Source of the DNA: a virus
IMG/VR virus record: IMGVR_UViG_3300044695_001206
Coordinates: 3,411 to 67,410 of that record
DNA: 64,000 nucleotides
Strand: one strand, 5' to 3'
Positions 1 through 9,081 of the stretch are shown one piece after another. The translations under genes and the position numbers were made by a program. Within the stretch, counting starts at the first letter, position 1; every line of letters starts with the position of its first letter. The notes under the pieces are model-generated. The model was not told the origin of the DNA and did no database searches. It saw only the letters and a program-made list of their open reading frames with translations.

Positions 1-310
1 TGAGAGTTGTTGAATAGAAGAAGCAAGCAAACGCTGCAACTTCTTATTCAACAAAGCTTGTTGCTGTAGTCTGCTGTTTAGGTTCATTATGCAAATACTC
101 TATATGGAATTGCGGGAGGCGGATCGACCTGTGGAAGCGCAGCAATTTGCTCTGCAGTCAGATCAATAGTTACTCTAATATTGGTATGAAATCTTGAATC
201 AGTAGTTGGTGCTACCACTTCCTGTCCATTTTCATCCCATTGACCACCTTTGGTAATAGAACCAATGTAATCCACATAGACTCCAGAAACTGGAAGTTTA
301 ACTTCCTGCT
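1..310. repeat. Imperfect copy of 63691-64000 (circular/terminal overlap; unit length 63,690 bp)
   Basis: Direct comparison shows identity except for 9 substitutions (positions 2, 15, 57, 71, 81, 82, 105, 138, 186). Confidence 0.95.
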
Positions 311-398
311 CATCTATGGTATAAGTTTCTAATAAAGAAGCGGATAACAAAGCTTGTTCCATTTCTTCTTTTGTATTTGCGCGGAGTAGGTAGTCCAT
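87..398 (-). CDS. Hypothetical virion-associated protein (103 aa, start MDYLLRANT)
   Basis: Start preceded by SD-like AGGATAAAGAC just after the 403..1746 stop; its stop overlaps the next ATG. Confidence 0.65.
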   Translation of the reverse strand: MDYLLRANTKEEMEQALLSASLLETYTIDEQEVKLPVSGVYVDYIGSITKGGQWDENGQEVVAPTTDSRFHTNIRVTIDLTAEQIAALPQVDPPPAIPYRVFA

Positions 399-402
399 GT
401 CT

Positions 403-1746
403 TTATCCTGTGGTGAGGCTCTGGAGTTGGGCGTTGGGGAGGCTGGTCGGCCAGTACTTGAATGAACGGATGTGGATTGGGAAGTATTGCGTATCACTAG
501 CAGACGGATCTTGGTGAAACAGCAAACGAGTTGGCGTTTGCATAGTTCCAGTTCCGCTTCCTGTCGTGATTGCCCCGTTGTTCACGCACATGGCAATCGC
601 TTGACCGCTGTTGGACAACGCGAAAGCAAACTTGGTAAGTACTGGAGAAGCGGGTCTTGAGATTGATTGGCTGATAATCTGTGTTGGTGCTGATGTCCAT
701 GTATCAACAAATAGTCGCGGATTTGTTCCACTCGAATTGTTGATTAGGTTGCGGATGACTCGCACCGGGGTTTCGGTATACATTCCCCATGCTGCCAGAA
801 AGGAGGTTGTATTCGTTTCTGCCGCGACATCCATACTCAACGCAAATGTTCCAGCCGTCTGGTTCCATTGCATTGGAGTGATGTCAAGAAGCGACATCTT
901 GTCCGCATTCCTCGTCACCGTACTTGCCCCGGTCGGAATGTACGAGGATGCACCAGATCCTTCTTCCATTTGTGGTCCCCACCAATCTGCATAATTGTTT
1001 AGTTCGCCATTGACTGATCCACCAAGACCTGCAAAATAACCTGTGATTAAATTACCAGATGTAATACCGCTGGTTACAGTTGCAGAAATGCGATACCATC
1101 CATTGGGATATGCAACAACGCTTGCTCCAGTGCTTCCAGTAACATAGGTTATGGAACTTGGATTTGTTGCATTGAAGTAGAATCGTAGTAGAATTGTTGC
1201 GGTTGTTGCGTTTCTTACAGCAATGCTAGTAAGAGCAGAAGAACTACTTCCTGTTAATGTTCCATTCTTGAACCAAATGGAAAATGTACATGAAGTAGCG
1301 TTCATCGTCACACTCTGCTGCATCGAACATGTCGCTCCGCTATTTGAATTAACCGTAAACCGTGATGATGTAGGTGTTCCATCTGGCGAAGTTGCACCAG
1401 TTCCAAGCGTGTATCCACCTAATCCCCAATAACTACCAGTAGTAGCAATTGGGTTGCTATATCTAAAGAGATTGGTGGCTTGACCTTCAATTAACAATCC
1501 GCGTGGAGTCAGAGTGGTTGGATCATAATCAAAGCGGGGAGAGTTTATTGCTGCACTTTCAACAAGACCACTGGCATTAATGAGTGTTCCGGTTGTACTA
1601 CGCGTAAATGTTAAACGAGGATCAAGGACTTCAGTAGTGAAATCTAAGGATAATGTAGAACCATCGCCACCTTCAATTGGAAGACTGCGATTTCTTTGTG
1701 TTCTCCATTCAGGTGGATCTAATGTCCAAGATCTAAAACGATGCAT
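403..1746 (-). CDS. Head spike/fibre-like protein with probable beta-sandwich (LamG/CBM-like) C-terminus
   Basis: Motif FTRSTTGT..NASGLVESAAINSPRFDYDP..RGLLIE..TNL and QMEEGSGASSYIPTGASTVTRNAD, typical of phage head spike/fibre proteins; Ser/Thr/Gly-rich. Confidence 0.7.
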   Translation of the reverse strand: MHRFRSWTLDPPEWRTQRNRSLPIEGGDGSTLSLDFTTEVLDPRLTFTRSTTGTLINASGLVESAAINSPRFDYDPTTLTPRGLLIEGQATNLFRYSNPIATTGSYWGLGGYTLGTGATSPDGTPTSSRFTVNSNSGATCSMQQSVTMNATSCTFSIWFKNGTLTGSSSSALTSIAVRNATTATILLRFYFNATNPSSITYVTGSTGASVVAYPNGWYRISATVTSGITSGNLITGYFAGLGGSVNGELNNYADWWGPQMEEGSGASSYIPTGASTVTRNADKMSLLDITPMQWNQTAGTFALSMDVAAETNTTSFLAAWGMYTETPVRVIRNLINNSSGTNPRLFVDTWTSAPTQIISQSISRPASPVLTKFAFALSNSGQAIAMCVNNGAITTGSGTGTMQTPTRLLFHQDPSASDTQYFPIHIRSFKYWPTSLPNAQLQSLTTG

Positions 1747-2306
1747 TATAATACTCCGTAGAAAGCGTTAGCTGCGTTTGCTGTTTGTGCTACTCCAGCT
1801 GAACCAGCTGAAGTAACAAACTCAAGTTCAATGTATTCGCAACCAAGCGCATCAACTACAACAAAAGCTGTATCTGTAACTGTTGTTGCATTATAAATTT
1901 TACCATCACCAAAGTTCTTAACAATGGTCAGGGGAACTCTAAAGTCACTTGCGCTATTGACTGTTATTGCGTTTGTTCCAATTGTTACAGTACCTTCAAA
2001 AAGACACTGAGGAACCCAACCAATATGAACATTAGCTGAGTTAACAAGTTTATTCCAACCAGTTACTTTAAACTTTGGAGCAGTAATACCTGTCTTAAAT
2101 ACTGGAATAATCTTCAAATAGTTTAGAGAAGTACCACCAAGTAAAACACCACCAGCTGTAATCGTTGGTAAAGCTGTTGTTGTAGTTGGTAAGTTATTGG
2201 AATAAGTGGAAGCACCCATTACACTTAAGTTATTAGTAGCATAAGACGCTAGTTTAACTGACTCTTGCATAGTCTTAAGCTGCGTCATTGTATGTGTGTG
2301 AATCAT
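1746..2306 (-). CDS. Putative virion structural/decoration protein
   Basis: 186 aa, beta-rich Thr/Ala/Gly composition, SD AAAGGAC, located in the structural cluster. Confidence 0.55.
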   Translation of the reverse strand: MIHTHTMTQLKTMQESVKLASYATNNLSVMGASTYSNNLPTTTTALPTITAGGVLLGGTSLNYLKIIPVFKTGITAPKFKVTGWNKLVNSANVHIGWVPQCLFEGTVTIGTNAITVNSASDFRVPLTIVKNFGDGKIYNATTVTDTAFVVVDALGCEYIELEFVTSAGSAGVAQTANAANAFYGVL

Positions 2307-2322
2307 TAATTGTCCTTTAAAT

Positions 2323-2763
2323 TTAAGAGACAGATATTGTCAATAATTGTGAGCATTGCAAACCATCAACACTATTAGATAAAGCGAGACTAAATAATCC
2401 TGTAGCTGTTCCTGTTTGAGCACCTAATTGAAAAGTATCACCATCGGTAAAGGTAACTGCTGTATTAGTTTTTTCAGCAAATGAAACCCAACTACCACCG
2501 TTTTTTCGGTAATATAAAATAACATTTCTAGGAACAATACCCGATATTGATTCCCATCCTAGTTGTACAGGTTGATAAGTATCTGTAATTGTAACAGCAT
2601 CTCTAATAGGACTAAGTGCCATTCTAGTACTTAGGAATACTAAATCAGAAGGTTGCCATATAATATACTGCAATGCTGGGATATAACCATTTATATCGAC
2701 TATTCTATTATGGGTTGAACGCCAAAAGGGAGAAATAAAAGACCAAGTTCTATTACGATGCAT
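2323..2763 (-). CDS. Putative virion decoration protein (146 aa, start MHRNRTW)
   Basis: Shares an N-terminal motif with 403..1746; start immediately follows the upstream stop. Confidence 0.55.
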   Translation of the reverse strand: MHRNRTWSFISPFWRSTHNRIVDINGYIPALQYIIWQPSDLVFLSTRMALSPIRDAVTITDTYQPVQLGWESISGIVPRNVILYYRKNGGSWVSFAEKTNTAVTFTDGDTFQLGAQTGTATGLFSLALSNSVDGLQCSQLLTISVS

Positions 2764-2764
2764 T

Positions 2765-2890
2765 TCACTTTTTCTTTTTCTTTCTCGTTGGAAGTTTAGC
2801 TCCCTTTGGTGTTTCTTTAGACCAACGGGCTGCAATCTTTGGATGGACTGCGTACATAAACTTACGCTGTTGTTTTGATTTGAATGGCAT
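2765..2890 (-). CDS. Small basic protein MPFKSKQQRKFMYAVHPKIAARW...
   Basis: 41 aa; TAATG coupling with the upstream gene; MPFKS..QR..M...HP.IA.RW pattern recalled from phage hypotheticals. Confidence 0.6.
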   Translation of the reverse strand: MPFKSKQQRKFMYAVHPKIAARWSKETPKGAKLPTRKKKKK

Positions 2891-3126
2891 TATTCCCACC
2901 TTACTTGCTTCCCGCTTTTTTTGGCGCGAACGCCCTTGGCGGTACACATTGACTTGGTTGGGCGACATGCAGGATACTTCCTGCTTTTGTCGCTTGCGCT
3001 TTTACGACCACATGGTTTACCTGTCTTGCAGTCGATCCAACCTTTTCCGTTGTTTCGTGCAAACCAGCCATGCAATCCTTTCTTTTTCTCAAGAGAGAAG
3101 TCGGCTTTCTTTTTTTTCTTAGCCAT
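2890..3126 (-). CDS. Small basic Cys/Trp protein
   Basis: GLHGWF..GWIDCKTGKPCGR..YPACRP pattern recalled from aquatic phage hypotheticals; translationally coupled. Confidence 0.65.
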   Translation of the reverse strand: MAKKKKKADFSLEKKKGLHGWFARNNGKGWIDCKTGKPCGRKSASDKSRKYPACRPTKSMCTAKGVRAKKSGKQVRWE

Positions 3127-3260
3127 TATTTCTTCCTCTTAGATTTGTTACCCCACTTAGCAGCACCAACTTTACGGCACTGAACCATAGCACCTGAAGC
3201 ATAAGCAGAGTGCTTTTTATAGCGAGACATTACTTTTTTATAACATGCGTCTTTAGCCAT
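3126..3260 (-). CDS. Small basic protein MAKDACYKKVMSRYKKHSAYASGAMVQCRKVGAAKWGNKSKRKK (not in ORF track)
   Basis: Translated by hand; KDACY..V..RY...SAYASGA.V.CRK.GA..WGN pattern; TAATG coupling on both sides. Confidence 0.7.
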   Translation of the reverse strand: MAKDACYKKVMSRYKKHSAYASGAMVQCRKVGAAKWGNKSKRKK

Positions 3261-3562
3261 TACTTCTTACACTTTCTGCCCTTTGGACATGACTTCTTAG
3301 AACCACCGGGACCAGCCCAGAGATCCTTGCAAGCCCAATATTGAGCACTTAGTTTGTTCTTGGCAGAGCCGCACTTGTGCCTTGCACGGAAAGATTTACG
3401 GGCAGCAGGACTATAGTTGTGTCCATAACCTGTTGCTCCATAATGAATAATTTTTTCTTGACCATTAGCACAAGCTTTTACCACACGCTTCTTGGCTGGG
3501 TTAGGAGACTTGCGTGGTTGGTTGCAAGGCATACTAGCTTTGTTTACTTTTTTAGCCATCAT
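3260..3562 (-). CDS. Small basic protein (SFRARHKC..AK.KLSA.YWAC family)
   Basis: Recognisable phage hypothetical motif; SD GGAGG at the end of the portal gene. Confidence 0.7.
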   Translation of the reverse strand: MMAKKVNKASMPCNQPRKSPNPAKKRVVKACANGQEKIIHYGATGYGHNYSPAARKSFRARHKCGSAKNKLSAQYWACKDLWAGPGGSKKSCPKGRKCKK

Positions 3563-5163
3563 TAACCTCCTGTAAATGCTGACATATCAGCACCTGAGTT
3601 TTGTAGGACATTCATAATACCTTGTCCACCATTCTGAGCTAGGTCTTGCTGACCAGCAGTTACTGCTAGATTGCCTAGAGCACCAGCTACAGCCTGACCA
3701 CCAGATTGCATTGCTTGTTGCTGCATCATCATCTGCTGCTGTTGCATCTGCTCTCTCTGGATATCTTCAGCTGAGCGTACCCAATTACGGGCATCAAAGC
3801 CAAGAGAAGTAATAAGTGCTCTTGCGTATTCATCCCACTTGAAAGACATTGCTGCCTGTTCTGGTAGGTTTCGTACCATTTCACCCATCTGCATAAGCTT
3901 CTGGAGATCTGTATCACGGCTAAGAGCCTGTAGACCAGTAATTACTTCTGTGGTAAGTGAGCCTTCAGCATCAAAGAACTGCTCATACATTCGCTGATCT
4001 AGTTCTTCGGCTTCAATCATTAAGAAAACTGAACGCTTTACAATAGGTTCCATAAGATCTCTGGCAATAGCAGAGAATGCCCCGCCTAGAACTGTCTCAA
4101 GTTCTGAGCCAATCATTCTAACAGCAGTCGCAGTAACACGGTCGCCACTAGGAATAGAAGCACTAGACATTAAGAAAGCTTGACCGATCTCACTACGCAT
4201 AGTTTGAACGGCAGTTTGAGCAGCACCAATCTGTGGATTCATTGTCTGTGATGGAGACAGGACGAATACATCCTGTTGTCTTACAGGAACCCATGAACCA
4301 TTGGTAGAATCGGCAATGTCATCTACTTCGGTAATGCCGGATGGATCAATACACATCCAGAAAGCGGAAGCAGCAGCCATGCCATCAAGCATTGCCCGTG
4401 TATAACCGTCAAGACTTGAGAGATCTCCTAGGATATCTTCGCAGTGCGACCTTCCGTAGTTTTCTCCGGGTATGCCATACCACCGTAGGACCGTCACAGG
4501 ACAAACTTCGTAGACACCTTCCGCTAGTACTGAACCATCGGAGTCTTCTTTTTTGTACTTCCATACATTATCCTCTTTTAGATACTGACAGTAGGTAGTC
4601 TTATAACCTTTTTTAGCAGATTGAGGAAGCGAGTAGTGATAACTAATTACTTCTGGATCTACTAAATCGTATTCAATATGAATGATTTCATTTACATCTC
4701 CAGCTACGGTACGCTGAACCACATACTGATCCAAGCGGGTAACACGGAATTTAAAATCATCCATCTCATGTACCAAGCAATCTCCAACAACAATTAAGTT
4801 TTGAATAGCTTGATAGATTGTTTCTCGTAAATTAGTACCAATAAGCTTGCGATAAACTTGATAGCTCATTGTTTCTAAATACTGACCAATTTCTGCAGTA
4901 GGTTCTACACCAGACCGCAGACCAAACTTAAAGAATGGAGTATCATTTAAAGGCATCATTGCCGAAAGCATTCGGCTTGCTAAAGAAGTTACTCCTCTAG
5001 CACCAACAGAGGATGTTGGCTGTGGTAGTTCCATTTCTTCAGTCCACCCTTCAGGGGGAAGAAGACTAGGAATTGTAAGAGCAGAACATAGTCTTGCTCT
5101 GTATAACTTGGATGTTCGCATAGCATCCAACATTCGGAAGCGATCAACTAGATTACCTGTCAT
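3562..5163 (-). CDS. Head-tail connector (portal), T7 gp8-like
   Basis: LTIPSLLP, SVGARGVTSLASRM, RW..IPGENYGRS, RVTATAVR..ELETVLGG motifs. Confidence 0.95.
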   Translation of the reverse strand: MTGNLVDRFRMLDAMRTSKLYRARLCSALTIPSLLPPEGWTEEMELPQPTSSVGARGVTSLASRMLSAMMPLNDTPFFKFGLRSGVEPTAEIGQYLETMSYQVYRKLIGTNLRETIYQAIQNLIVVGDCLVHEMDDFKFRVTRLDQYVVQRTVAGDVNEIIHIEYDLVDPEVISYHYSLPQSAKKGYKTTYCQYLKEDNVWKYKKEDSDGSVLAEGVYEVCPVTVLRWYGIPGENYGRSHCEDILGDLSSLDGYTRAMLDGMAAASAFWMCIDPSGITEVDDIADSTNGSWVPVRQQDVFVLSPSQTMNPQIGAAQTAVQTMRSEIGQAFLMSSASIPSGDRVTATAVRMIGSELETVLGGAFSAIARDLMEPIVKRSVFLMIEAEELDQRMYEQFFDAEGSLTTEVITGLQALSRDTDLQKLMQMGEMVRNLPEQAAMSFKWDEYARALITSLGFDARNWVRSAEDIQREQMQQQQMMMQQQAMQSGGQAVAGALGNLAVTAGQQDLAQNGGQGIMNVLQNSGADMSAFTGG

Positions 5164-5173
5164 TGATAGCTCC

Positions 5174-5509
5174 TTACTGGTTATTCATACCGTTATATAG
5201 TGAAGAATAAAAATCTAATGTGCGAACATTAGTACCTTGAATACCCTGCATCTGAGTTTCTTCAGCTTGAGCCTGTGCTTCTAATATAGCTTCTTGCTCA
5301 GCTTGTGATGCTTCTTGAATGGCTTGTTCTTCTTGAGCCTTAAGTTGTTCTCTTTCGGCTTTTTCTCTAGCAACTCTTCTAGTTTCTGCGTCTTCAGCAG
5401 CTTTTCGTCGCTCTTCTTCTTGTTGTTTCTGGAATTCTCTTTCTTCTGCCATCAGCTTTTGCTGCTCAGCAAAGGTCATTCCACCACTAATCTTTGGTGA
5501 TCCACCCAT
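5174..5509 (-). CDS. Small coiled-coil virion protein (T7 gp6.7/7.3 position)
   Basis: MGGSPK start, E/Q/A-rich, directly upstream of portal. Confidence 0.6.
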   Translation of the reverse strand: MGGSPKISGGMTFAEQQKLMAEEREFQKQQEEERRKAAEDAETRRVAREKAEREQLKAQEEQAIQEASQAEQEAILEAQAQAEETQMQGIQGTNVRTLDFYSSLYNGMNNQ

Positions 5510-5510
5510 A

Positions 5511-5702
5511 TTACTTTCCTCCTTGCTGTTGTTTGAGGACAGCTTTCAGTTTGTTGACAACCTCTATCTGTCCTGCTCTGAACGCAGCTTGCCTAGCAAA
5601 CTGTAGTTCATTAACATCGGGATTATATTCTAGAGGCTTATAAAGTTCTTCCAGAATCTTTATTAATTCTGGGTCGATTCTCGGAAACTTTTCTAATTTC
5701 AT
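5511..5702 (-). CDS. T7 gp6.5-like protein
   Basis: P.I..ELI..LEELY...FRAGQ.EVV..LK pattern and syntenic position. Confidence 0.65.
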   Translation of the reverse strand: MKLEKFPRIDPELIKILEELYKPLEYNPDVNELQFARQAAFRAGQIEVVNKLKAVLKQQQGGK

Positions 5703-5817
5703 TTGTTAGTTCATCTAGCTTAGCATAGATGTCTTTAAGCATAAGCTTTACTTCAGGCATATCAATACCAGAAGAAAGCATTAATTTTGTTTTTGCTGAT
5801 TGAATGTTTGTTACCAT
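5638..5817 (-). CDS. Hypothetical protein (59 aa, MVTNIQSAKTKLML...)
   Basis: Hand-translated ORF filling the gap after 5821..6645. Confidence 0.45.
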   Translation of the reverse strand: MVTNIQSAKTKLMLSSGIDMPEVKLMLKDIYAKLDELTNEIRKVSENRPRINKDSGRTL

Positions 5818-5820
5818 AGT

Positions 5821-6645
5821 TTATAGCCTAGCTATTTGTTCCTGTATAGTCTTTATATTAGCAGCAATTCCTTTTTTATTTTTAGCAAGAGAAGCTATAT
5901 TTTTTTCTAGATCTTTTGTATATCTCTCTGCATAGGTTTTTTGTAAAGTAGGCGAAGACATGAAACGAGTTGTTTCAATAGCCGTTGTTAATTTTTTCTT
6001 TTCGGCTGATTCTGCTGCTGATAACTTTACAGAATAAATAGGTTTTGTTTTTTTACTTCGCAGATCATAAGCATAAGTTGTTTTTCTACTGCTTCTATTA
6101 GCTTTATTCCATCTAGCAAGTCCACTAGGTGTATTAAGATCTACTTGATCATACTCATACTTAACAGAGTTTAGTTGAATATCTGATAAATAATTGTTCA
6201 ATACATCTTTCTTTGCTACTTCTTTTTCATTAGCCAAAAATTCTTTAATAGCTTTATTCTGTCTTTCAAGAGCACGGTTATTTTCTTCTACTTCACTAAT
6301 TTGCTGTTCTGTTTTTTGTTTTGCTACTTGTTCAGGATTAAAAACATAAAAAGCAGTGTCAGTTTTTGAGCTTGTAGTGACATCATTTCCAAAGGTAAAC
6401 CTAATATCTTTTATAGGAGAAAATTCTTTATTATAAATATCGGTGTATCTAGGAACTTCTTTTTTTTCTAGTCTTTCAGTACCTGTTTGTTTAAAGTATT
6501 CTTCTTCTCCTATAGCAGTATAGTCTAAAAGACCAGCTTTAATCGTGTTTAATACTTTTTCTTGTTTAGTTAGTTCTGAAGTATGGTATTCTAAATAAGT
6601 ATTATATGTATTTAATTGTTGATTAAGTGCATCTAATGTAGCCAT
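5821..6645 (-). CDS. Hypothetical coiled-coil protein
   Basis: 274 aa ORF, visibly AT-rich, SD AAAGGA; no recognised motif. Confidence 0.7.
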   Translation of the reverse strand: MATLDALNQQLNTYNTYLEYHTSELTKQEKVLNTIKAGLLDYTAIGEEEYFKQTGTERLEKKEVPRYTDIYNKEFSPIKDIRFTFGNDVTTSSKTDTAFYVFNPEQVAKQKTEQQISEVEENNRALERQNKAIKEFLANEKEVAKKDVLNNYLSDIQLNSVKYEYDQVDLNTPSGLARWNKANRSSRKTTYAYDLRSKKTKPIYSVKLSAAESAEKKKLTTAIETTRFMSSPTLQKTYAERYTKDLEKNIASLAKNKKGIAANIKTIQEQIARL

Positions 6646-6648
6646 GTC

Positions 6649-8541
6649 TTATCCTTTGAGATCTATAATCTCACACGCACCAGCAGTGCATGCCATTGTA
6701 TGAGAGGATGTTGTTGTATCTATCTTTTCATAGAAAGATAGGTTATTAAAATCGACAGGAGCCATTACATACGAATCGTATGTTTCTTTGGTAATTGCTT
6801 CAAAGGGAGCCTGAGCATAAACATGGTCAGACTTTGGCAGGAAGGAGATACCAGAGATCTTATCAAAGTTCTCCCATACCCATTGTCCTACTGGCATAAA
6901 CTCACTATCAGAATAGTTGACGGTAATGCTTGGCTTATGCTGACAGTAATACTCCTGATAGGCAAGCCACAGATTAAGGTGGTCGATTGCCTGTAGTTCA
7001 TCTTGGGTAAGAGAACCTGATGGAGCAGACTGAGCAAAGGTGAATACTGCTGTTGAATCTGGATTCATTACACAGTCTTCTACCATAACCTGAGCATCAC
7101 GCATTAGCTGATAGATAGGATCTTTCTTGTCGATACGAACTCTACGATAATAATGCTCGGCATATCGTGGATGAAGACCACTGGCTGAGTTAGCCAAGCA
7201 AGAGGTTGTTCCCTCTGGCTTGATGCAAGTAATTGACTTGCTTGGGTTGACACCCAACTGCTTAGCCCAATCAAGGTTTGTCTTGATAGCGATCTCACGG
7301 AGATTCTCAAGAACATGCTTGAGCTTTCCATAACCAAGAATGCCAGACATTAGCTTGTTATCAAAGATGCCTGTCATGGATACACCAAGCAGTCTTTCCT
7401 CTTCACAATTCTTTGTCCATGAAGAGTCTTCACGGGAAAGATATGGGAAGTGAGTGAACATGCTTTGGATTGTACCGATGATTGTAGCCATCTCAATCTT
7501 CTTAGCTAATGTCTCAGGTGTGTCTGAAGCGCGGACCACAACGGTCGATAAGTTGCAGAACTGATTAGGTCTGAGAATAATCTCAGAACAAGGATTGGTC
7601 CCATAGTGTACATTAACATCACGACCAGCCTTGGCTGCAATAGATCTCATCGCATCACGGTTGCAGATACCGCGCTCTCCGCTGTGAGAGTTGTACAGAT
7701 CAGTCCACTCCTCTAGGAATTGTCCCATTGAAGGGCGACCATTGTACACAGCGGAATTATTGGCTAGGGCGCGGTGTCCTGATGATTCCCACCAAGCACC
7801 ACTCTTGCATGTTGCCATCTCACGATCCGCGAGATCACTAAGTGAAATCATTGCTGAGCGGCGAACGCCACCAACGATAACTGACTGAGCAATCTTACAG
7901 CAAATGTCGTGACACTCAAGCGGAGTGAGTCTGCGTCCCTGAGCCTTGTAGAATGTCTGAACGACAAAGCGGAATACTTCCTCAAGCGGGGCAGGACCGC
8001 TTGCGCGTCCTCCGAAAGTCTTGAGCTTTTCTCCAGCCTTGCGTACTTTACTGGTGTCCCACTTAAGGTGTACACCCTTGTAGAGATTGTCAATTAATTG
8101 GTGGAGTGAATCACACCAACCTTCTCGACTATCTTCTACAAACATAACATTGTCAAACATCTTATGAATAGTAGGAATAGTTGGCATCTTGTCTGTGCAT
8201 CTACGCTCAACAGTATAACCAACACCAGTACCACACATAAGAATATACATTAGGTTGGAGAATGCTTTTGGTGAGTCAATCTCCAGATAAGAGCAATTGT
8301 ATAGTGCTGTATGATCGCGGTCCAAAGCTGGCCCTGCGGTCATAAGCCCACGCATTGAGGGTAATACCTCAAGATTTAGAATTGCATCACGAATATCAGG
8401 TCGTGAAGTTAGGGTAGGAACTTTGGTTGTAAAGTAATTCCACCAACGGTCCACAGTTTCGTCCCAAGTTTCACGACGAGATTCAGAATCCATCCATCGA
8501 CTATAACGAGAGATGGCAATAAAGTTTTGAAATGTATCCAT
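6649..8541 (-). CDS. nrdJ: Class II (adenosylcobalamin-dependent) ribonucleotide reductase, RTPR-type
   Basis: LPSMR, YNCSY, VGGVRRSA, TNPCSEI, TCIKPEGT motifs and C-terminal ACTAGACEI; no small subunit encoded. Confidence 0.93.
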   Translation of the reverse strand: MDTFQNFIAISRYSRWMDSESRRETWDETVDRWWNYFTTKVPTLTSRPDIRDAILNLEVLPSMRGLMTAGPALDRDHTALYNCSYLEIDSPKAFSNLMYILMCGTGVGYTVERRCTDKMPTIPTIHKMFDNVMFVEDSREGWCDSLHQLIDNLYKGVHLKWDTSKVRKAGEKLKTFGGRASGPAPLEEVFRFVVQTFYKAQGRRLTPLECHDICCKIAQSVIVGGVRRSAMISLSDLADREMATCKSGAWWESSGHRALANNSAVYNGRPSMGQFLEEWTDLYNSHSGERGICNRDAMRSIAAKAGRDVNVHYGTNPCSEIILRPNQFCNLSTVVVRASDTPETLAKKIEMATIIGTIQSMFTHFPYLSREDSSWTKNCEEERLLGVSMTGIFDNKLMSGILGYGKLKHVLENLREIAIKTNLDWAKQLGVNPSKSITCIKPEGTTSCLANSASGLHPRYAEHYYRRVRIDKKDPIYQLMRDAQVMVEDCVMNPDSTAVFTFAQSAPSGSLTQDELQAIDHLNLWLAYQEYYCQHKPSITVNYSDSEFMPVGQWVWENFDKISGISFLPKSDHVYAQAPFEAITKETYDSYVMAPVDFNNLSFYEKIDTTTSSHTMACTAGACEIIDLKG

Positions 8542-8568
8542 ATCTGTCCTTCTTAAACGGCTAGTTAA

Positions 8569-9081
8569 TTATAAACCTGTGCTTCCAAAACCACCAGTTC
8601 CTCTTACAGTCTCTGGAAGTTTATCGACAGAGATGAATGGGAATTGAGTAACAGGCAGGAAAACAATCTGTGCAATACGATCACCCTTATTTAATGCGAC
8701 AATCTCATATGAGTTGTTTACCAAGGATAGTTTGATTTCACCCCGGTAATCTGAGTCGATCACACCGACTGAGTTTCTTAGGGTAACACCCTTGGTAGCC
8801 AAGCCAGACCGTGGAAAGACAAGTCCAACAAAGCCTTCTGGAATAGCGATAGATACACCAGTAGCAACAAGGTAGCTAGATCCGGGCGACAGGGTAATAT
8901 CGACAGCGATCTTTAGATCAGCCCCGGCAGAACCCTTAGTCTTATACTCTGGTTTACACTTGTCATCTAGGAGAACCATAGGGATACTATCTGGTCTATG
9001 GGTATAAGTAGAAGTGTTGTAATTATTGTTATCAGCATAGACAGCTGAGTTAGTATCATAGCAAGTAACTTTAGTATCCAT
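8569..9081 (-). CDS. dut: Trimeric dUTPase
   Basis: AGADL, PRSGLA, GVIDSDYRGEI, GDRIAQ, RGTGGFGSTG. Confidence 0.97.
   Translation of the reverse strand: MDTKVTCYDTNSAVYADNNNYNTSTYTHRPDSIPMVLLDDKCKPEYKTKGSAGADLKIAVDITLSPGSSYLVATGVSIAIPEGFVGLVFPRSGLATKGVTLRNSVGVIDSDYRGEIKLSLVNNSYEIVALNKGDRIAQIVFLPVTQFPFISVDKLPETVRGTGGFGSTGL

Noticed and set aside
1-310. DGR template/variable repeat pair (1-310 versus 63691-64000)
   Set aside because: No reverse transcriptase is present, mismatches are not restricted to adenines on one strand, and the copies sit at the window ends as expected for a circular overlap.
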